From a virus (lineage: Duplodnaviria; Caudoviricetes), in the IMG/VR virus record IMGVR_UViG_3300031655_000017, positions 1 to 37,594 of that record: a stretch of 37,594 bases of DNA, one strand, 5' to 3'. Under the pieces are notes generated by a model. That model did not search any database, had not been told where the DNA came from, and was given only the letters and a program-made list of their open reading frames with translations. The position numbers and the translations under genes are program-made. Position 1 is the stretch's first letter. Every line of letters starts with the position of its first letter. This document shows, piece after piece, positions 16,101 to 23,523 of this stretch.

Positions 16101-16558
16101 TGTACCGGCTCCTCTGGCCACGTTGGATTTGCGGGATCAGCAGTTTTCGCTGGTAGGTCGCGGAGTGCTTGGCGGTGACTAGTCCAAGCGGTTTTTGTGT
16201 CCGCTGCCATAGCATCCCAGCGGTCAGGGAGAACCATTATGTCACTCGCCTGCAACCGATTATTTCTCTCGATGCGCAGCAATTCCATATCGTCATTATG
16301 CTTATCTCTGTCAAAGGCGACTTGATCGAAACTGATTGTCTTATTAGCTACATCCACGGGCCAGTGGTGCGTAATTTGAAAACACATCTCCCCGTTAACC
16401 GCCGTCGCAGCATTATCGACTACAAAAGCGTCTTCATATCCAGGCATCTGATGTAACTCTACAATCCTCGCGTCTGCCGCGTCACGGGTCTCAAACACAT
16501 CACATTTACAAATGAAACCATTTTCATCGACTTTATTAACTGTTGTAAAACCTGTCAT
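16097..16558 (-). CDS. Tail fibre assembly chaperone
   Basis: LRIERNNRLQASD...W..HRQALRDLP...DP.N.TWP. Confidence 0.85.
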   Translation of the reverse strand: MTGFTTVNKVDENGFICKCDVFETRDAADARIVELHQMPGYEDAFVVDNAATAVNGEMCFQITHHWPVDVANKTISFDQVAFDRDKHNDDMELLRIERNNRLQASDIMVLPDRWDAMAADTKTAWTSHRQALRDLPAKTADPANPTWPEEPVQ

Positions 16559-16570
16559 TAGTATAGTCCC

Positions 16571-17350
16571 TTATGTATGTTTGAGTCCCCATACTGTAAA
16601 ACGTCCTGTGACGATGTTGCCTGTTTCCATTAATATTTGAACTCTGTCTACGGTGATAACTCCGTTTCGTGCGCCGTGCCAATGACCACCAGTGAAATCA
16701 GCGCTGGTGGCATCCAACACAGACGACCCGTGCGCGTAAAACATACCGACGCCATCCATCCCCCCGGCGAAATACCCATTCACTACAGCATGATCGCCGG
16801 TGGTTGTATTAATCGAAAGGGCCATGTGAATGTGCGCCCGAGCCGCGTGAGTCTGGGCACCATAGGATGTACTTGCGTCAGTTACTTTACTACAGTGGTA
16901 GCCGTAATCCGAAGCGCCGGAATCGAAACCTGAACTATCACCACATCTTAGCACCACGGGCGCACCGGCAGACGACACCGTTAAGTTTGTACAGGAAAAC
17001 GCATATACGTCATAGGTCGTGTCGATCCCTGTTATGTCCAGAGATGCGCTGGTTGAGGCGGTTTGTGATCCAATTAGTGTCCAAGCACCGCCGCTAGGAA
17101 TTGCCGCCGCCGCACTTGTCCATGCCGATCCATTCGAGGTCAGGACGTTACCAGATGTGCCGGGAGTTGCTGCAAAGGTCAGGTTGGCGCTGCCGTCTGT
17201 GGTAGCAATCTGTCCCGCCGCTCCATCTACGTCAGGCACCAGAAGCGCGGCATCGCCCAGCGCAACCTTGCCGGTGCCCTTGCCCTGGAGCTGGAGTGCC
17301 GTATTTGTACCCGTGGTGGCAATGATGGCATCAGCTTCAACTCTACTCAT
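16571..17350 (-). CDS. Tail fibre / receptor-binding protein
   Basis: GQIATTDGSANLTF, GNVLTSNGSAWTS, WTLI..TAS.SAS, G.FTVWG. Confidence 0.75.
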   Translation of the reverse strand: MSRVEADAIIATTGTNTALQLQGKGTGKVALGDAALLVPDVDGAAGQIATTDGSANLTFAATPGTSGNVLTSNGSAWTSAAAAIPSGGAWTLIGSQTASTSASLDITGIDTTYDVYAFSCTNLTVSSAGAPVVLRCGDSSGFDSGASDYGYHCSKVTDASTSYGAQTHAARAHIHMALSINTTTGDHAVVNGYFAGGMDGVGMFYAHGSSVLDATSADFTGGHWHGARNGVITVDRVQILMETGNIVTGRFTVWGLKHT

Positions 17351-17363
17351 AATTTTCTATTCC

Positions 17364-19175
17364 TCATATGATCGTCACGTTACCGGCCACGGTAAGCGTG
17401 ACCCCGCTGGCTATGGTTAACGGGCCAGTAGCACTCGCATTTTCTGCGGCTAAAATTTCTGTCGAAGTGTTTAATTCAGCTTCATTGATGCGGAAAATGT
17501 CACCAGCACTTGATCCAACTGTTCCGTTGTCGCCCTTAAAATATCCAGCACCGCCTCCTATTGATCCCCAGGCGGGGCTTGCACCGGAGTAGCCCTCAAA
17601 CTCATTGGTGGTGCTGTTGTACCTAAACATCCCCACGGCGGCGGAGCCGTCGCGTTGTGCAGTTGTGCCTGTTGGTACATTCGCACTACCGGTCGCGCTT
17701 GTGCGCGGCGTGAGGCCAGTGCCGGAAAGAGCAATCGTACCGCTGGTTGTGATCGGTGAGCCAGATAGAATGCTCACGCCATCAGCACCAGTGACAGCCA
17801 CAGATGTCACCTGTGAGGTGGCAACCGTATCCGCCCAACTCGATCCGTTATAAAATCGCAGCACGTTGGATGTCGTGTTGTAGTGTAAATCGCCCTCATC
17901 GAGGCTACTTACGGGATCACTCGATGCTACTCGATAGCGCTCGGCAAACGAGTTAACGCCAGCGATGTTGGTTGCTACGGTCGCCATCGCGGTCACATTT
18001 GCGCCGGTGCCGAGCACGTTCATATCGGTCACGACATCGGCGGTGCCGAGCACGTTCATATCAGTTACGACATCTGCCGTGGCCAGGGTGTTCATGTCCG
18101 TTACGATATCGGCGGTGCCGAGGGTGTTCATATCAGTGATGACGCCGGATACGCCGAGCAAACCCATCGCGGTTACATTTGCACTTGTGCCCAGAAGGTC
18201 CATGTCTGTGACAATAGCGGCAGTACCAAGAGTGTTCATGTCCGCTACAACATCGGAGGTAGCTAGGACGTTCATATCAGTTACGACATCAGCCGTACCT
18301 AAAATATTCATGTCGTTCACGACATCGGCGGTGCCCAGGATGCTCATGTCCGTAAGGACGGCGGCCGCAGAAAGCGCGCTCATGGCAGTTACATTTGCAC
18401 TGGTTCCTAACAGCCCCATGGCCGTTACGTTTGCGCTTGTGCCCAGCAAATCCATGTCGGTCACGATTGCAGACGTGCCAAGCGTGTTCATGTCAGCGAC
18501 GGCGTCCGACGTGCCTAGCCTACCAATTTCGGTCGCCTTGGCAGCAACCGCGCCAATGTCAGTTGCGTCGGCAGCGACCGCCGTCACATCTGAAGATATA
18601 CCAGCGACGGTGGTGACGTTAGCAGAAATACCGGCAACGGTGGATATATCACCTGGAATTGTACCGAGAGTAGCAAGGCCAGATGTAGCAATGGTTGTTT
18701 CAGGGTTGCCGGCAGAGTCGAACGCCAACACCTTAGAGGCCCGTGTTATTTTCGCGGGAATCACGGCAATGTCAACGGTATCGCCGTCTGGCTGGCGCAG
18801 ACTGCGATCAACCTGTGAATTGGTTTGTTGCGCCAACATGGTCAGGATATCGAACTGTTTCTCGACCAACTCGGATGGCATATTATCGTTCTCGACAAGG
18901 TCAAGTCCTTGCGTGAACTGCTCTACGCGAGAGATCAGCAGTGTCTGACCGGACGCAGGCGCTGAACTCATCGTGACAGTGCCACCAGCAGCCACACCCG
19001 CGCCCACTATAGTATAATGGGTCGTGATGGTCTGCACCGTCTCCACGCCGGTGCTGTCCACTGTCAGCGTAACCACGAGATCAGCGTTATCAAAGAACAA
19101 ATAAGGAAAGCTGAACGCCGTGGCAGAGCCGTCACCGGCAGTGCTGACTCGTGTGGTAGTCGTACTAAAAGTCAT
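17364..19175 (-). CDS. Tail fibre with T7 gp17-like N-terminal adaptor and repeat shaft
   Basis: GDGS.TAF.FP..F...ADL.V, E..FD.LTML.QQ, 12-aa repeats, PTGTTAQR...G.FRYN. Confidence 0.9.
   Translation of the reverse strand: MTFSTTTTRVSTAGDGSATAFSFPYLFFDNADLVVTLTVDSTGVETVQTITTHYTIVGAGVAAGGTVTMSSAPASGQTLLISRVEQFTQGLDLVENDNMPSELVEKQFDILTMLAQQTNSQVDRSLRQPDGDTVDIAVIPAKITRASKVLAFDSAGNPETTIATSGLATLGTIPGDISTVAGISANVTTVAGISSDVTAVAADATDIGAVAAKATEIGRLGTSDAVADMNTLGTSAIVTDMDLLGTSANVTAMGLLGTSANVTAMSALSAAAVLTDMSILGTADVVNDMNILGTADVVTDMNVLATSDVVADMNTLGTAAIVTDMDLLGTSANVTAMGLLGVSGVITDMNTLGTADIVTDMNTLATADVVTDMNVLGTADVVTDMNVLGTGANVTAMATVATNIAGVNSFAERYRVASSDPVSSLDEGDLHYNTTSNVLRFYNGSSWADTVATSQVTSVAVTGADGVSILSGSPITTSGTIALSGTGLTPRTSATGSANVPTGTTAQRDGSAAVGMFRYNSTTNEFEGYSGASPAWGSIGGGAGYFKGDNGTVGSSAGDIFRINEAELNTSTEILAAENASATGPLTIASGVTLTVAGNVTII
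17973..18512 (-). repeat. 15 x 36-nt coding tandem repeat (12-aa unit, e.g. TADVVTDMNVLG)
   Basis: Units counted from the translation and mapped to the DNA. Confidence 0.9.
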
Positions 19176-19215
19176 AATATTACATCCTCTGTGCTATTAT
19201 TAACACAAATACCGG

Positions 19216-22200
19216 CTAATTATCCAGTGCGTTGTCGATTGCGAAGCCAGAGTAACCACCCGACATCATCAACGCCTCTCGTAAATCCTCGAAGTCGTTG
19301 GCCTCGGTGAGCTTGGCGAGTCCACGTATCTCGTTGACGATAGTCTTCACCGGAACACCTGACGCGGCACTGAGACCTGACAGAGCCAGGTCCATCGCGC
19401 GGCCACCTTCGAGGATGTCCTCGAACATGATGCCATCCTCTTCGATCTCGGCGATGGCGCGCAGCAGGTCTTCTGTGAACTCGAGTGGGTGCCGACCTTC
19501 CATATTAACGAGGTCGTCTTCGCCGCCCGACAGCAGCCGCACCATACCATCAATCACATCACCGAACACGAAAATACCGTTGGCGGTGCCTAAGAGTGAG
19601 GCGCGCAGTTGGTCTTCCTCATCAAATGTGAAACCGTTGGCGATGATCTGAATCAGGTTGGGTATAACTAGATGGAGAATAATTATACGCTTCGCGAATT
19701 GTTTGCGCGTTATTCGCCCAGCTTTACGGTCAAGTATCGCGTTATACTCAGCGCGGGTCAGCGCGTTGGCTGACGACATGAACTGACCCAGCACGCGGAT
19801 CAGACCACTTGAGCGTTGCAGCGCTGAGAACTGATCGATGTCGGTTGACTGCTGTGTGGCAGCAGTCATCTCGCCGAACTCTTGCAGTGCCTGCGCCTCG
19901 GAAATACCTGCCTTCATCCGTGCATGAACGAAGGCATAGCCACCCACCGCGATGGCGCCCTTATCACCCAACCGAATCGGCAGCATGAGGATGCGCGCCA
20001 GCGTCGGGCGCTTACCTACCACGTTCAGCCAACTCTTATCGGCGAACACCGCCTGATAGTCTTGATCGATGTTATCACCACGGTTGCGGAATAGTTCACT
20101 TCTGTTAAGCACCGTAAGGGCCGCTCGGGGATGCGTTGCGAAATACGCTATCCCGGCGATAAAATCCTTGGTCGGTACGTTCTGCGCGAACGCTGCAAAC
20201 GAGGCGAGCTGCTTCAACCCGATCTGGGGTTTGGCGCCGAGCTGTGCGAACGAGAAGTTCCGCATCAAGGTAACGAACATCTTCTCAATGGCGAGTGAAG
20301 TGTCAGTGCTACGCTTGGCAAAATAGTCGAGGTCTTTCTGTAACTCGCTCACCATACTCGCTGATGAGGTTTCACGTATCAGCTTCTGCATTGACGGGTC
20401 ACTAAACACCGCGTCGAGCATCTGTATCTTCTCGGCGAAGGCGATGAAGTATTCCATCTCCGCGATGTGCGTGTGCAGCACCTGGAAATCACTCTGAACC
20501 TTGATCTCACGGATACTTGGCGTGCGGCTCTTTAGGCTACCGGGCGCTATGCTACCGCGATACTGGATGCTCTGCAAAAACTCGTCCATCGCACCGTCAG
20601 CGATCTCACGCCGAATCGGGCTGTAGTTCTCGATCTTAGGCAGCGGAATGCCATAGACGCGCTCATACACTGCTGCAATGCGGTCATAATACTCGTTGTA
20701 GAACTCCACCTGCGCGTCGATCAGCCGGTGATCTTCTTCCAAGAGCGTCTGCTCGATGGCGTGGATGATCTCGTCGGTGTACATGTTACCACCGTCCTCG
20801 TTCATCATACTCTTCTTGAGCGCGGGGTCGCGCAGCTCCATGATGCGCTTGCGCGCCTGGGCGCGGGTCTTTACGTCCACGAGTTTCCACTCACGGTTGG
20901 CGTGTTTCATCCTGGGGAGGTTGAGCATATCCCCCTCACTGCGTTGTAGGTAGCGGATCAGCGTGCGCTCTGACGCTGTGTTGATTGCGGCCATCGCTAA
21001 CTCGGTGAAGCGCTTCATCGACTGGCGGCGCCCACGGTCATGCACTCGGCTCTCATTAAACAGACCCAGCTTACTGATCATACCGTCTACGGCCTTGAGA
21101 TCAGACGACGCCATGATGAAACGGAGTTTCGTACCCCACGCGCCACTCAATCCGATGAATCCTTTTATCTGTAAATACTGCTTGAACTCGCGCCAACGCC
21201 GTTGACGATCTGTCTTATCTTTGACCGGTCCGATCAACTTTCGCAGCGCTTCTCGAGTGCGGTCGGCCTCTTCAGCTTTCCGCATCAGCCCGCGCTTCTT
21301 GATGGCCTTACCCAGCTCGACGCCGCCGGCGAGAGACGCCACCAGAGACTCCAGTTGATCGATGTCCATCACCTTCTCGTCGGCCTTGCGGCCCTCGTCC
21401 AGCTTTGCCAACAGGACGTTACTTTCCAGCGCTTCAAGCGCTGTTGGCATGTCACGAGAACCTCGGCCGGCGAGCTGTTCGAGCCGCACCAGCGCCTGCT
21501 CTTCGGTCATACGAATAGCTTTGCGCGCCACGTTCATAATCTTCTGGACGCCGACGCCAACCTTACCGACTGTGCCTTTAACCTGGGTCTTCTTACCCAA
21601 GATGTCGTGCAACTTCTTCGTAGCCGTATCACGCCGCTGCTTGGTCTCCAGCTTATTGATCCGGTTCATAATCTTGGGGATGGCGCGTGTGAGCTGTTCG
21701 GCCGTCTGGATGTTCTTGATGGTCTTGATGAACTTCGCCTTGTTCTCGGTCGACAAGTTCGATGCATCGAGCGCTGCAATCACAACCTCCTGTGCTGCCT
21801 TCACGTTGCGCTTGGCTATCGTCACACCTTTACGGAACCCTTGCTCCAGGGCGCGTGTCTGCGCCTTACGCTGGCGCGCCTGTTCCTTGAGCAGCTCCGT
21901 GCCTTTCAGCGTGATGTTCTCTTCCGCCGCAAGGCGCGCCTCGTTACGCGTCTGCGCCTCACCTTCAGGTGTAAGTAGACCACCGCGTTCCTCATCGAGC
22001 TTCTCACGCTTCTTGAGTAAGGTGGCGAGACGGTTACTGAGACGCTTGAACGGTTTACCCGCTTTCTCGTTGGTGTTGATGGAGTCGAGCAACTGATCCG
22101 CGAGGGCGTCCATGTCACCGATCTCTTTGTCGATGGCCTTGATGCGCCCGCGCCTGATCTTCTTGAGCGTGGCGTCTTCCTCTTTGCGCGCTTTCTTCTG

Positions 22201-23517
22201 TGCTTTCGCCTGCTGCTCTTGAAAGAACTCCGACCGGCGGAAGCTCTCAGCCACCAGCAGTTCTGCTGTGGCGGCGCTCATGCGCCCCTCTGGTGACACG
22301 TCGACACCGATGTCCTCCAGCACGGAGAACTCTTCAGGTGACAAGTCGTATACGTCGTATGTCTTCAGGTCTTGGGATATCTGTGCCGCCTTGACCTTAC
22401 CCGCGATGGAGTCGATCTGCTCGCGCGGTTGTTCGGTGGCGCGTTGTTGTTTCGTGTCGGCGACCTTCTTCTTCTCTGAGTGTTGCTCGACCACATCACC
22501 CACGAAGCTGGGGGTGGACATCAACGGCGATAACGGCGCCATAGCGAGCATAGATTGGCGCATCGCTTCAGCAGTGTCATTCAGGCGCTGCTCAACAGGT
22601 GTAGTGACAAAGTCATCTTTATCAATTAGCGCGGCGATGTCTTCACCCGAGCTAATGACCAACTCTTGTGCGCCTTCGGTTAACGTTTCAGCGGCAAACA
22701 GCGTCGAGAGATTGACCACGAATTTCTGGAAGGCGGTCTTTCCTTTAGGTATCTTGAAGCGTGACAGCACACTGTCAACCTGGTTACCTAAGACCTTCTT
22801 GAGTCCAGGAACCAACTTCATTATCAAGCTGATAGGCACCAGCTCTAGTCCCGCCGCGCCAGCACCTGCAATAATGGCACCGACCTGGGCGGCTCTCGGG
22901 TCGATCAGTTTGCCATTCGTGTCTTTTAGCTTTTCGAGCTGACCATATGATTGACCAGCCGTAAGGATAAAGGTGTTCTCGACAGGGCCAGTCAGCGCGC
23001 CCCCGGCAGCGCCAGCAAACATACCGGGAATAGCACCGATACCAGACATAGCGGAGCCTGCAATACCAACAGCCACAGCACCCTGCGTGGCGCGCAACCA
23101 CGCGGTGTGAGCCATACCCATAAGAGTGGGTATCTGCCGCGAGGTGGCAAGCGCCATCTCTTCCCAAATACCATCAGGCTTGAACTCTGGGCCGAACCCC
23201 GCCTGTAACTCGGCAAGTTTGGCGCGTTTATCAGGTGTGTCGTTGCCCATCAATATGTCGAAGTATAAGTACGACATATGGTTCTGGTCGGTGGCTTGGT
23301 TGAAGCCACCTTCACTCAACGCCACGAGGCGCGCCACAGAACCCGAAGGCATTTCACGCACCTCACCCGTCTCGGCATCGGTGATCATCTCATTTGGCAG
23401 ATCGAGAGGCACACCACCATTGAATTGGAACTCACTTGGATCAGGCGCGCCGCCGCCCGCAAACGGTTGTGGGTTAACGAGGGTGCCGCCTGTGAAGTCG
23501 AAGGTAGGGTCAGCCAT
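19216..23517 (-). CDS. Large internal virion (ejectosome, gp16-like) protein
   Basis: 1433 aa, helical, with hydrophobic Gly/Ala segments; syntenic position before the tail fibre. Confidence 0.75.
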   Translation of the reverse strand: MADPTFDFTGGTLVNPQPFAGGGAPDPSEFQFNGGVPLDLPNEMITDAETGEVREMPSGSVARLVALSEGGFNQATDQNHMSYLYFDILMGNDTPDKRAKLAELQAGFGPEFKPDGIWEEMALATSRQIPTLMGMAHTAWLRATQGAVAVGIAGSAMSGIGAIPGMFAGAAGGALTGPVENTFILTAGQSYGQLEKLKDTNGKLIDPRAAQVGAIIAGAGAAGLELVPISLIMKLVPGLKKVLGNQVDSVLSRFKIPKGKTAFQKFVVNLSTLFAAETLTEGAQELVISSGEDIAALIDKDDFVTTPVEQRLNDTAEAMRQSMLAMAPLSPLMSTPSFVGDVVEQHSEKKKVADTKQQRATEQPREQIDSIAGKVKAAQISQDLKTYDVYDLSPEEFSVLEDIGVDVSPEGRMSAATAELLVAESFRRSEFFQEQQAKAQKKARKEEDATLKKIRRGRIKAIDKEIGDMDALADQLLDSINTNEKAGKPFKRLSNRLATLLKKREKLDEERGGLLTPEGEAQTRNEARLAAEENITLKGTELLKEQARQRKAQTRALEQGFRKGVTIAKRNVKAAQEVVIAALDASNLSTENKAKFIKTIKNIQTAEQLTRAIPKIMNRINKLETKQRRDTATKKLHDILGKKTQVKGTVGKVGVGVQKIMNVARKAIRMTEEQALVRLEQLAGRGSRDMPTALEALESNVLLAKLDEGRKADEKVMDIDQLESLVASLAGGVELGKAIKKRGLMRKAEEADRTREALRKLIGPVKDKTDRQRRWREFKQYLQIKGFIGLSGAWGTKLRFIMASSDLKAVDGMISKLGLFNESRVHDRGRRQSMKRFTELAMAAINTASERTLIRYLQRSEGDMLNLPRMKHANREWKLVDVKTRAQARKRIMELRDPALKKSMMNEDGGNMYTDEIIHAIEQTLLEEDHRLIDAQVEFYNEYYDRIAAVYERVYGIPLPKIENYSPIRREIADGAMDEFLQSIQYRGSIAPGSLKSRTPSIREIKVQSDFQVLHTHIAEMEYFIAFAEKIQMLDAVFSDPSMQKLIRETSSASMVSELQKDLDYFAKRSTDTSLAIEKMFVTLMRNFSFAQLGAKPQIGLKQLASFAAFAQNVPTKDFIAGIAYFATHPRAALTVLNRSELFRNRGDNIDQDYQAVFADKSWLNVVGKRPTLARILMLPIRLGDKGAIAVGGYAFVHARMKAGISEAQALQEFGEMTAATQQSTDIDQFSALQRSSGLIRVLGQFMSSANALTRAEYNAILDRKAGRITRKQFAKRIIILHLVIPNLIQIIANGFTFDEEDQLRASLLGTANGIFVFGDVIDGMVRLLSGGEDDLVNMEGRHPLEFTEDLLRAIAEIEEDGIMFEDILEGGRAMDLALSGLSAASGVPVKTIVNEIRGLAKLTEANDFEDLREALMMSGGYSGFAIDNALDN

Positions 23518-23523
23518 CAGACG

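Noticed and set aside
17973-18512. CRISPR-like 36-nt periodicity
   Set aside because: Contiguous in-frame coding repeats with synonymous variation and no unique spacers
14877-19175. Diversity-generating retroelement, expected from the BPP-1-like architecture
   Set aside because: No reverse transcriptase ORF, and no TR/VR pair with adenine-specific mismatches seen; differences flanking the 43-bp repeat are not limited to A
20369-20383. Second parS-like sequence GTTTCACGTATCAGC
   Set aside because: Half-site only, inside coding sequence; compatible with chance
17965-22942. Long plus-strand ORFs (17965..18948, 21202..21978, 21362..22096, 22268..22942)
   Set aside because: Antisense shadows of real minus-strand genes with no recognisable motifs
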